Origin: Psilocybe cubensis
Taxonomy: Eukaryota
Reading direction: 5' to 3'
DNA length: 64,000 nt
NCBI GenBank assembly: GCA_017499595.2
Contig: CM039000.1
Location: 3,906,001 to 3,970,000, forward strand
A program made the position numbers and the translations under genes. This document shows, piece after piece, positions 28,747 to 41,129 of the stretch (position 1 is its first letter; every line of letters begins with the position of its first letter). The notes under the pieces were generated by a model, which saw only the letters and a program-made list of their open reading frames with translations, did no database searches and was not told the origin of the DNA.

Positions 28747-29579
28747 AGGACCCCTGAAAATACCCCAAAATGCCTGATCCAAAATGGCCAAAATTTGCGG
28801 AATTTTATCCGGACAGATTTTCCAAAATCTTATCCGGACGGCGGATCTACCATGAGGATTTTCGAATTTTTATCCGGACAGATATCTGGCCTCCAAATTT
28901 TCCTAAAATGGAAATTTTTCTCCAAAAACGCCCGAAAAAGGTGAATTTGAGCTCGCAACCATACGCAACCGCTCGCAGACGCTCTTGTACGCTACAAAGA
29001 AGTATAATTGATTGAAAAAGATGTAACGTAGACCATTTGAAAGTACTATAGATGTTTTGGGCAAGAGGAAGAATATATCTACACTAATTAGTTTTGTGGC
29101 TAACTTTCATTTTCCTCTTCCTCAAGCTGGTTTCCCGTCTTTTTCCTTGAATTCAGCTGCTACAATGCGTTAAGAACCGCCCCACTCTTTGTATCACTGA
29201 TTTATCTGTACAAAATTCAATCATCTTCAGAAATTCAAAGCCCCGAAGGAGTAATTTCTGGGGTATGTTTAAGCATACACGTAAAATTTTGGAAGTACAT
29301 ACACGAAAGCTTAGTTTAGTGGTTAAGCCGTCTATGTAAGTCTGACTTTTCTTGACCGTCGTAAGTTCGAGACGCGTCTGTGTCCAAGTTTTATCCGGAC
29401 CCTGTCCGGACCTGGATCTAGCTTCTGTCGGCTTCCCAAATTCTTATCCGGAAAATCCGGTGTGGCGTCAAGCAAAATTTTCTCAAATTTTATCCGGACA
29501 GTCCTATGGCATGACGACAAATTTTCTCAAGTTTTATCCGGAAGTGGATCAGGGATTATAGGGTATTTTCAGGGGTCCT
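28747..29579. mobile_element. Non-autonomous TIR DNA transposon (833 bp), 8-bp TSD, hAT-like
   Basis: Perfect 19-bp TIR AGGACCCCTGAAAATACCC, extending to 34 bp with 3 mismatches. TSD CTTATACC at 28739-28746 and 29580-29587. Seven subterminal TTATCCGGA repeats. No transposase ORF. Confidence 0.9.
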
Positions 29580-30093
29580 CTTATACCGCTTGTTCTCTCC
29601 ATCTCACATGGCATTTGTCTGCTTTTGGTTGAAAAAGTTGATGACCGGTGGAGGATATGTGGGTTGGCAGATAGGTTGGCTAAGTAGGGCTAAGTCGGTT
29701 GAAAATCATATGCAAGGAGGATACCGTCGCTATCCTCTTGAATTTTGCGCCCTGAAAAAGTTCAATTTAACTTATGCAAATAAGTATTATGAGAGGTTGC
29801 AATTTGATTGTGGCTCCTATCCAGACCTGTGGAGTTCAAAGTTGCAGCAGTAACTTGGTGTGAATTTCTCTGGGAAAGTTCCTGGTGGGGCGGTCGTAGA
29901 GGGAAGTCACACCAAATTACACAATTCATTTTGGTTGCATTAGAAACTTAAATTATGATTATTACTATGATACATGCTTGTTATGAGATTATACAGTAGA
30001 CTCCTCAAGACTCCTCATACAACAAATGCGCCGTGATAAGGTGTCGATAAGTTGTGGTCGAGCTTTACGGACGAAGATGTATGGACGGGGATC

Positions 30094-31381
30094 TCATTGA
30101 ATATGAGAATTGTGCGAATCTGTTCCTTCATAGGTTGAAGTTGGACCCTTTTCGGCATAGCTCAGCTCCCCGAGACAGTCATTCCTTGTGTGCTGAGTAG
30201 ATGGTGTTATATCGGTATCGTCACGTCGTTTGCCGGCCGACTGAAAGGCTAGTGGAGTGAGATTGGCTCGTTGAGCCATTCTCAAGCTGAATAAATTGAC
30301 ACGCCTGAAGACCACCCGGAAGAGAAGGCTGTAGTTTTTTCTCGATTGAGCGGTAAGACCAAAGAATGCAAAGAATACGAAGGCACAAAACACTACAACC
30401 CAACGGTTGAATTCGATAACGCGCACCGTATTCGGATCCTGGCGCCAAAAGTAGGCAAGAACAAGCTCGACGCGGGAAAAGTCATAATGCGTGTCAGCCC
30501 AACTAATCCAAGGGTTCATGATAGAAATGGCGACATATAGGTTATATGCAGCCAATGGTACAGTGAACATAATTTCTGCACTGGACAAGCACATGAAATG
30601 CAGAAACCGAGTTGTGGTTAGATTGCTGTATCCAGGGAACTCGTTGATTCGTGAACGCAGCCTTCGGAACTGGACGATATTGAGGGTTGCATACACAGCA
30701 GAAATGAGCCCAATTATAAGCGGTGGCAACGTAACAATGACGAGTGCGACCGGCGTGAAATATGTACTGGGTACACATCCAACGTCTTCGAAGATATCAA
30801 AACGGTGGCCTTGAACGATGTAATCTGCCCTTTTATTAATCCCATGTGATGCGGCAAAGATTATTACAACTTACGTAGTATCATTTCTAACACTGGGAGA
30901 CCTATCCCAATTAAAAGATCTACAAGTACATGACGGCGCTTCACATCCTGCGTAACCGTTACTGACTGCAGTGATGATATATGGTATAGACGACGAGCGA
31001 TGCAAAGGCCTGCCGCAGGTACCGCAACGTTGAGACCGATTGAAAATTTGGTCGCTACGTTAATGAGTTAGCTCTACAGGAGTTGGTCCAGAAGATTTAG
31101 GGACATAGACTCACAGATATCGCACCAAATGGGAGACCAGTTGATTGCATTGTGGCTCCATACAATGGAGTTGATAAATAGGTTAAGGCAACCAAGGCCT
31201 GCCCAAATCATGAAAACACAAGTGCCGCTATTCCAAGCTAGTATTTAGTGAGATATCTTTAGTATCATGGGTTTGCAGGCAGTTTTGAAGCCTTACCTTC
31301 CAGCTGCCACGGAAATGTTACTAGGCACATCATGAAGCCAACAAAGGCGAAAGTAGAGAAAAGAGCGTTTGGGTATGACAT
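30094..31381 (-). CDS. STE3: STE3-like pheromone receptor (GPCR), copy 1
   Basis: MSYPNALFSTFAFVGF...PWQLE|AWNSGTC...INSIVW...WCDI|STKF...DLLIGIGLPVLEMIL|...YIVQGHRFDIFEDVGC...PWISWADTHYDFSRV...FFAFFG. Four short introns. Confidence 0.95.
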
Positions 31382-32234
31382 TGACAGCCGTTGACGTTCA
31401 ATCAAGCAACGAGGATTATAAAAGATTTTGAGGGCAGCTCATTGAACCGCATCTGGATTTTTGCCGAACATCCCACTCCGAAATCGAGAACCTGGTTGAA
31501 AATTTGATGTGCCAAGAAGGCCCACAGGAACATACCATCCTTGTAAATAGACGATGTTACTGATTCTGTGAAATATTACTGAGATCGTCTCTCAACTGAT
31601 GTACAATTACCTCTAGGGATAATATGTGTTTTTTGTTCTTTTTATCGCGCTCAAAGCGCTTAGAAACTGAATCAGATGTCGTGAAGAGGTGAGGTGGATC
31701 GACGATCAGTATCATCATATCAATGCCCAAATATATATACTGGATGCTCGGCCTGAGGTCGGAGATAATACAGTAACAAGCCGCATGTGCTCTTCAAAAT
31801 GTGCGTGCCTGCAGGTGCCTGCTCTGAATGAAGGTAATCACAGTATCAGATACACCATTACCTGGCATGCTCTATTATATGGGTAGAATCTTGCCGCATC
31901 ACAAACGTCGGCAGGTCTTGATGGGAAGTTCGCACGGGGTGACGATCAAACCTTGTGGATCATGTGTGCTTAACCAATCACAAAGGCCAGAGGAGCAAGC
32001 TCCCCCCCAATAATGGTTCACAATCCGCCTACCTCTATCGGTCTATCAGAAATAAACACTTGTACCTGAGAGTCTTCCTGGGTCAGAAGAACACCCACAA
32101 ATCAAATCTAAGCAAGCATTATATCAATGTCCAATATTACAGAACACCAAAAGAACAACAGGGAAGACCGTACAGTGACTCTTGAGAATTAGTAGTATAC
32201 ATTCAATATTATTAATACTATGGTATGCACCGGG

Positions 32235-33507
32235 TTACGATAGACCATGGGCAGGTGATGCTCGGCCATCTTGTAGACTACAGTGTGATACGTGTCCCGT
32301 CTCGCAATCGACGACCAGACTGGGAACATAGTTGTCGCTGGTAACTTGACCACCTGACTGGACCTGACGTTGAAAGGCTATAGGTGCAAGTTGTGCCGCC
32401 TTGGGAGGAGAAAATCCGAGGCGAATTGAGACTTTCTGATATAGAGTTCGGTAATTTCGTCTAGCCTCCTTGGAGATGCCAAAGAATGCAAAGAAGATGA
32501 AGGCACAAAAAACGACAATCCACCTGTTGAGCTCTATATTTGCCTCTATGCCCTTATTGGCACGCCAGATACTGGTCGGAACGAGTGCAACGAATGAGAA
32601 ATCTGCATGTGTGTCTGACCAACTGATCCAAGGGAACATGTTTGACGCGGCGTAGTAGGTATTGTAAGACGCTAGCGGGATTGTAAAGAGGATTTCACAG
32701 ACAGAAAGATAGATGAAGCGAAGATAGCGACTGGATGTGAGGCTGCCATGGCGGAAAAGTTCAGAAGATTTGGCAGAGAACCTCCGGAAATAAATGATAT
32801 TGAGTATTGCGTATATGGCGGAGACAATCCCAATTATAATTGGAGGGATGAAAACGATGAGGAGGGCAGGCCAGGTGACATAAGTGCTTGGGCTGCAACC
32901 GAAATCTTCATAGATATTAAAGCGATGGCCTTGTACGATATAATCTGAATCAAGATCAGCATTCCGCAATTTAGTAAAACCAACTACACCCACGTAAAAC
33001 CATCTCCAGAACTGGCAGGCCGATACCGATGAAGAGGTCGACAATAACATGTCGCCGCTTGTCACGCTCAGTAACGGACAGGGATTTCAAAGATGCGATG
33101 TGGTATAAACGACGGCAGATACAGAGACCCGCAGCCGGAATTCCAACGTTGAGTCCTATCATAAATTTGGTGGCTTCAAGGGTAGAATGATAATCAGTTA
33201 TAACCTATTATAAGTATCATCCAGTGTGAAATAAAAATGCTTACAGACATCGCACCAAACCAGCGCTCGATTATCAAAATTGTGATTCCACATGACTGAG
33301 TTTATGAACTGATTCAGGCATCCCAGGCCCGCCCACGTCATGTAGAGACATGTCCCAGTATTCCATGCTGAAGAAAAAAAGAGTTCAAACAAAATTGTAT
33401 ACTGTTCACAGCATGAACTCACATTCAAATTGCCAAGGGAGAGAGAAAGCGCACAGAAAGAAGCCGATGAATGAGAACGCTGAATAGATTTCATTGGGGT
33501 AGGACAT
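32235..33507 (-). CDS. STE3: STE3-like pheromone receptor (GPCR), copy 2
   Basis: MSYPNEIYSAFSFIGF...AWNTGTC...WCDV...YIVQGHRFNIYEDFGC...PWISWSDTHADFS...FFAFFGISKEARRNY. Same intron positions as copies 1 and 3. Confidence 0.95.
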
Positions 33508-34567
33508 TTTGTGTGCAGGAGACTTCAAGCCAGCAATGGTAGATGGCTACACGGATAAACGCAAGGATATGTGCAGCAGAAGGCGGCAGGACATTGGTTC
33601 TATAAGAGATTGCCAGCAATCATCATTCTCTCGTCCTTATTCCTAGAAGAGAACTTGGTCACAGCACTAACCTTTTTGCGACAACTGCTTGACACTGGCT
33701 TGACATATCCTCGAAGTCATGGATGTAGTCCTCTATATGAGCATTATTCCTGATCGGCATTGAATTGCATATCAGAACCCTGACTACAGTCGGACATGAT
33801 TTTGTACGCCGTGTGACGGTTGCGCTTTAAACGACTTTATCGCACTTTTCGTCACTTTCCATCTTAGGACATGACAAGGCAATGTTGGTGCTGAGAAAAT
33901 CAGGACATGTATAGGGACAGAGAAAGTTGGTTCGCGGTTGAAGGTTGAGTATTTGAGTACTTGATTACTGAGTACTTGGGTTTTGACGTTAAAGAAAACT
34001 TGAGCTTGAAAATGTACCCTCGTCACTTTTGCCCTATTTGGCATACTTTGGCGAAGACACTTAAAGAAAACAACCGTTGTGCCGCATCCGTGCGGCGGTA
34101 CACAAAGCAGACACAGTATCACAGTTCGTGTGCTGGGCTTCGTACGATACACTGGAGAATGGAAGGAGACACTATGTGCACATGCTGGGTTACTAGGAAG
34201 GGTTTCGTAGTGGAGGTGAGTTTCTCACTGAAACTCCCCTGTTCCTATACTCACACCTGCCATTGCGTAGTGAAATGCACGTTATTCATACCGCTGTGCC
34301 GAGTGCGGAACCACTTCCAGGTCGTTGGGCGGATTTGTTTCGGATATGATATTCTTCGACTCTCATACTTGATTTCGGCTTCCCATGATGCCATTGTTTT
34401 TGCCATAGAAGGACAATCTGCTTAGCAAAGACGATGCGAACAGTACGGAAGTGTCATGTTTCGACAGGATCGTAACAGTGGTCTATCTGCATCTACTTAT
34501 GCGTTGTTTGTGCCAAACTGCGGGATATAAAGTCGCTATCATGGGGCATGGCTCTGCCTAAACGTCC

Positions 34568-37040
34568 ATGGAGGTCACGTTCACCTACATTCGCAGTAGG
34601 ATAGTCACATACGACTCTACAGATGCATTCAAAGTTGGATGCACCGCATCACTTGGAATTTTAATTCTGTTGACTTTTTGGTGGAATAACTCATATGCTT
34701 GCCGAAACCGAATGCCTCCCGGACCACCCAGACAGTTTAAACCAGTCCGAGGAAGATCGTCTGCCAGTCTTCCTCTTTGGAAGCGATTTGCACTCCTGCA
34801 AAAAGAATATGGTTGGTCGATTTATGGCACTCGTGGAGAATTGTTAAATAATGTTTTGCAGGCTCTGTTGTCTCTTTATTTCAAGGAAATACACCAGTCA
34901 TTGGTTCGTATGTATGTCAGTGCAATCATATAACAGTACCTGACGAGCCTCTAGTTCTTGGTACAATCAAAGCAGCTACGGATTTGCTAGAAAAGAAAGG
35001 AGGAATATACTCCAGTAGGCCGCGAAGTATTATGGTGTGCGTGCTGAATTATTTGAACTTTATTTCAAGCAGCTGACTGCCTGACCTCGTTCGCAGTGGG
35101 GAGCTACTATCAGACGGTATGCGAGGTGTCATGATGCCGTATGGAACTAGATGGAGAAACTGGAGATCAGTCAGTTGGTTGTGTAATTACTAGGTATATT
35201 GAAAATTTACAGATTGATTGTAGGTTATGCATGCAGGGATGAGCGTGGAGGCATCGAATGCCTACAAGTCGTTTCAGTCAATGGAATCTAAAATACTGAT
35301 CCACGATCTTTTGCTGGCATCGAATTCAAGACAATATTCTGCATTTCTTCGTAGGTTTGTGTCTTCTGTAAGTGTCGTCGCTAAGTCCACCGTTGATGTG
35401 TATAACTATAGATTCGCGATTTCCGTAGTGTTGCGTGTCAGCTATGGTCGGCGCATCCAGTCCCTAAATGACCCTATCGTGGTGGCCAATACAAAAATCG
35501 AGGAATGCAAGTAGAATATTCCTATGACCTCGACTTAAATCTAATTTCCTAATTTCAGGCATTGTTAGGTATCGTCTATATATCCTCATGAAGCAACGTC
35601 TTAACGTTCCTTTCTCTGTAGACTAGGGTATGTCCTCGTTAATGGGTTAATCATTGAAATGATACAGTTATCCTAATTTCCAGAACGCCCGGAAAATATA
35701 TCGTCGAATCTGTTAGTGCCTCTTTCAACTATATTTTGCTCGCCGAAATTAAGGTGTTCTTCAGTGGCCAATCCTGTTGAAACTTCCGGTACGTATGTAT
35801 ACCATTGACGAGCTATTTCGCATGGACTAAAATTATGTCGCCGTCAGCGTTTTCTTCAATGGTTCCGCCGTGAGCCCGAGGAGCAGCTAGCTCATGATAC
35901 GGAGCTATATCTTTCTTTTGCCAATGAGGTCCGAAGGCAGATGAGCCTTGGTATTGCCTTACCATCAACTGGTACTAGGGCCTTGGAGAAACAAGAAGAC
36001 TTCGGATTGAACGACGTGGAAACAGCATTTGCATTATCATCCCCTTTCAGTGCTGGCGTAGGTACAGTGAGTCCAGCATACAGCTTAGGAGTCATTCGCA
36101 AGGACGAGCTGACCTTCTGGATAGACACTCTCCACACTGGATGTTTTCTTTTGTCAGTTATGACGCGCCTTTTGTGCCCTTAAAAACCGATTTACCCTCT
36201 CTATTTAGTGGCAATGCTTCATTACCCAGATACTATGAAAAAAGCGCAATCAGAAATCGACATAGTCGTGGGGCGTAGTCGTTTACCTGAATTTGACGAT
36301 GTCGAATCCTTGCCATACATTCGGGCACTTATTTTGGAGACGATGAGGTAGGCAATGCCTAAATTTTTATGCGTTATGTGCTTAGTACTCTGCGAAGGTG
36401 GAGACCCATTGTTCCCGTGTGTGTGCCGCATAGTGTAATTTCTGATGACACCTATGAAGGAATGCATATACCTCGAGGATCGTCTGTCTATCCAAACATA
36501 TCGTAGGTCGATCAGCGTTTCTCCCAACAGTTCTATACTGATTCCTTTCTCAGGTACATGAGCAAAAATGAGGAGGTTAGTCCTTGAGCGTATGATTGAA
36601 CTGCGCCAAATGACGTTTCGTTTACAGATGTTCCCGTCTGCAGATGACTTCAAACCAGAACGCTACTTGAAATCGGCAAATTTACCTACACCACATACTA
36701 CCTTCTTTTTTGGGTTTGGTAGACGTATCTGTCCCGGGATTCATATTGCAAACAATTCACTGTACATCGTGATTTCAAGGTAACTAACCAAGATTTACGC
36801 ATGCTGAGCTCATCATAACCATGATAACGTAGGATTCTTTGGGCATTCAATATCGTCCCCAACCTTGATGAGCACGGGAAAGCCGTTATTCCTTCGAAAG
36901 ACGATTTTACTACCGGCCTATCGATCCGACCAAAGCCATTCACATACCACCTTGAAACCAGAAATGGAAAAGACACTGTTACTCTTATTGAAGAAGAATG
37001 GAAGACTGCGGAGCAAGAAGCCACTGCGTATCCTCAATGA
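34568..37040 (+). CDS. Cytochrome P450, many exons including 10-nt and 6-nt micro-exons
   Basis: N-terminal TM segment then PPGP, YSSRP, MPYGTRWR, I-helix AGVGTT, ETMRW (ExxR), FKPERYL, and heme motif FGFGRRICPG. Confidence 0.95.
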
Positions 37041-37381
37041 CACTGGTACTCCTTTGCCTTCGATCGAAGTCAGAGCTTTCGAACTGACGTCTACATGATT
37101 AGACCGATAAATATACTGATCCAGTTGCTTTCAATATGCCTGGATAACACATAGTATGGACAAAATTCGAGAAGAGGTTTATGTTTTCATGCTTGGCACG
37201 TTTCGGCGCTTAAACATGCATATCATCTGCTTATGGAAACTACAACTTCAAGAGCATTATTGCTTTGTTACGTTACAATAGGCGCTATACATAAAAATGT
37301 AAACTCTTGTACATACAACAAAGTCAGGTACTGAGAAAATGACTTGGTTAGGTTAAGGAACTAGAAGACCCCCCTCCTATC

Positions 37382-38687
37382 TTACCCAAGTCCAGTAATT
37401 CCATTCTTTTCTTCGTCTTTAGCAGCAATTGAATCACTTTCAAAGTATTTCGCCTCCCCGGTAGAATGATGTCCACTAGTCGATAAAGATATCGATGTGT
37501 CGTTGGAAGGGATACCAGGGACGTTATGACGATTGCGAGCCGACTGAAACAAGATCGGGGTCAGGTTCCCCTGACGAATCACCTTTGACGTAAGTGCGTT
37601 CGCCCTTCCCGTGATGACCTTTATGCAAAGGAGATAACCCTCCCGTGATTGGGCTGTGAATCCGAAGAAACCAAAAAATACAAAGGCGCACAGGACAACA
37701 ACCCATCGATTGATCTCTATCACACGCAATGTAGTCGGATTGCTGCGCCAGATGACAGAGGGTACCGTGTATACATTGGAGAACCCCCACTTTGTGTCTG
37801 CCCAGCTAACCCAGGGGCGAATGTGGCGGACATCATTAGAAAGATTGTAAGCAGATAAAGGGACGGTGAAAATAATGTCAACGCTCGAAAGGCATATGAA
37901 GTGGAAATACCGGGTGGTGGTAAGGTTTTTATATCCGGCAAAGTCATTGATCTGGTTTCGAAGTTTACGGAATTGGATGATGTTCAACACGGCATAGATG
38001 GATGAAATCAGGCCAATGATTACTGGAGGAAGAGATACGATAACGAAAGACGGCCATGAAAGATAGGTGCTGGTAACACATCCGACGTCCTCGAGTATGT
38101 CAAAACGGTGACCTTGCACGATGTAATCTATGAGGTATAAGTATTGAAAAGGTACTCCGTACATGTAATGAGTTGACATACGCAAGACCATCTCTACAAC
38201 CGGAAGTCCTAGACCAATTAAAAGATCGACGATGACATGGCGCCTTTTGGCGGCTCGTGTCACTGTTATGGACTGCAGTGTCGATATGTGGTACAGCCGT
38301 CGAGCAATACAAAGGGCGGCAGCAGGCATCGCGACATTCAGACCAATCATAAACTTTGTAGCTGTCATATGAAAAGATTTCAGCAACTACTATGAGTGAT
38401 AATGTCCACTTCAACATACAGATATCACACCAAATTGGCGCCCGGTTAACATAGTTATGGTTCCACACAATCGAATTAATGAATTGATTGAGGCAGCCCA
38501 GGGCAGCCCAGACCATGAACACACAAGTACCGCTGTTCCAGGCTGCAAGAGAATTCATTATATGACTGAAGTTCATTAAAATTTCTTTCATTGAGCGCTT
38601 ACCTTCTAATTGCAACGGAAACGTAACCATACACATCAGGAAGCCAATAAAGGTGAAAGTTGAAAAAAGGGCATTGGGATACGCCAT
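37382..38687 (-). CDS. STE3: STE3-like pheromone receptor (GPCR), copy 3
   Basis: MAYPNALFSTFTFIGF...AWNSGTC...APIWCDI...YIVQGHRFDILEDVGC...PWVSWADTKWGFSNV...FFGFFG. Confidence 0.95.
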
Positions 38688-39174
38688 CTTTAGCTGAACA
38701 ACCAACGCAGTTGGCAGAGTAGGCTTTCATATACCTTTTTTTCCACCGTTTTCTATCGTTTTGCATTTTCTGCGAGGGACCTGGAATCATTCTCAGACTC
38801 AGGAACACCTAGTCGCGGAAGTAAATGTGCCTGGCTACATATCGTATTCAACCATCAGCCGTTGCCAAGCAGGTTGCATTTGTGTTAGCTGATGCGAAAT
38901 TGAATGCAATGTTGCTCGTTTTACTATGAGCGTCATTCATTAAACTCTTCCGCCTTGAACTGCCTTGAATCACTATCGCCAATTGTTAGATCAAGGGATA
39001 CAGGATTGACAGTCGGCGGTTTCAATCAAACTTCCGACCTGGAGGCCATTTTCATAAACTGATGATTATGCATGCATATAAAACAACGATAAAGAGAATA
39101 AACAGAAATCTATAACCCACACCCACAACTCGGATCATCCTTCCTGCGCTGGGGGTATCTGCTTCGAGATTACC

Positions 39175-40797
39175 TTAGTAGTGGTGAACCTAAAAACATC
39201 ACCATTTGTCAGCCATCAAAATCAAAAAAATGAAAACACAACTAACCTCCTCCCTCTCCCGTCCCCTCATGTAAGGTGGCTCAGTGTTCTTGTAGTAGAT
39301 ATCTGTCCAGAGGTCCTTGATGAGAGGTTCAGGGCTGGCCTTGGCCTCCTCGACGGCGGCGTCGACCTCAGCCTTGGCCTCCTTGTCAAGCTGCTTGAGC
39401 TCCTGCTCGTTCGCAACACCCCACTCCTCGATGTATTTCTGGAGGCCGCGGATGGGGTCCTGGGTAGAACGCATACGCTGGACTTCCTCACGGGTACGGT
39501 AGGTGGTTCCTGGGTCGGACATGCTGTGGAGTTGGGTCAGAAAGCAGTTTACACGAGGTAATTTGGTAAACGCACGAGTGTCCTCCATAGCGGTATGTCA
39601 CGAATTCAAGGAGAAGAGGGCCATTCTGGTCGTCGACAGTCCACTTCCTAGCATACTCAACGGCATGCTTGGTGGCGAGAATATCCATTCCGTTAACCTA
39701 TCACAACAGATGAACAAATGAACATCAATACAATGAACGCATACGGGAGAAGCAAGAACCACGGAACGGCAAACCTACCTGGAGACCAGGGATTTTGTCA
39801 CCGCGCTTGAAGTACTCGGTGTTGGAGGACGAGCGGGCGGCAGAGGTACCCATACCGTACTTGTTGTTTTCACATACAAAGACAGTGGGCAGGTTCCACA
39901 GTTTGGCCTATAGAGACGCAATGCATTAAGGAAACAGGAATACATGCGCAATTAATGAACGCACCATGTTGTAGGCTTCAAACACCTGTCCCTGGTTGCT
40001 GGCCCCATCACCATACAGAGCGAAAGTGCAGGTCTTCTCGCCCATGTACTTCTGGGCGAAGCTGACACCAGCACCAATGGGTACTTGAGCACCGACAATA
40101 CCATTGCCGCCAAAGAATGAAGGGGTAAAGATGTGCATCGAACCACCCTTTCCGTGCGACATGCCGGCCTGGCGGCCAAGGAGTTCGCCAATAACACCCT
40201 TGATTGTTCCTCCGCGGAGAACGGCGAAGGGGTGGCAGCGGTAGGCGGTGATGACACGGTCATCTTTGGTGATTCCGTGTTCAAGGCCAACGGAAACGGC
40301 TTCCTGTATCGATTAAACCAGAAAACCGAGCAAGGCGGTTGAGTAAGCCAGCATCCGATTCTACCCAGCATGACTGACGAACCTGTCCGATTGCCAGATG
40401 GCAGAAACCGCGGATAAGTTTGGCCTTGTACAGGGCGTCGGCAGCCATCTCCATGCGTCTCATAGTCTGCATCTCCTTGTACATGGTGAGCAGCTCCTCG
40501 CCAGTGACCTGAACCTCGAGGTCAGGCTTGTCGCACAGATACGACTGGAATGAGTCTTCATGAAGCTTGACTGTAATGGGCTGAGAGGGGTCGGAGGGCT
40601 TGTCTCGAAGCTGGGTCAGGTCCGCAGTGGTTTGAACGCTGCGAACTTGAACACGCAGACCAGCAGGCTAGAGTATGGACATTGACGTAGTAAGCATATA
40701 TCTTTCTCGTATGTTGCTGTTCCCTCCAAACAACATCTTTGCTAACAGCAGTACTTACGAGTCTGGGAGCAAGTCGAACCCTGGCTAACGAAGCCAT
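39175..40797 (-). CDS. PDA1: Pyruvate dehydrogenase E1 alpha subunit, mitochondrial
   Basis: [50 protein letters not shown] (TPP motif), [21 protein letters not shown]. Arg-rich N-terminal presequence. Confidence 0.98.
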
Positions 40798-41129
40798 TTT
40801 GAGGAAGAGCAAAAGGGAGGAAGAAGGGAGGAAGAAAGAGAAAGAGGCGACGTGGTTTGTTTTTCTCTAACGCGCTGGGGTTGTAAACCCAAAATTTATT
40901 ACTTAACAAATCAAAGTGGGGCTACATATCCTCGTGGGAATATTCAACTTGGTCCTCTACTCCGTTCATTACTCGGCGAAGGCAAAGCAAAATTTCGTTC
41001 AATACTGTTCAATAAATACTGGCAATTGAGTGATATAGTGCGTTTCATGGCATCTAAATTGTCCTTACAAAAATGAAAATGATGTTCAAACGTAGGCCAA
41101 ACGCAATGGCTGATACAAAAGTATACTAT

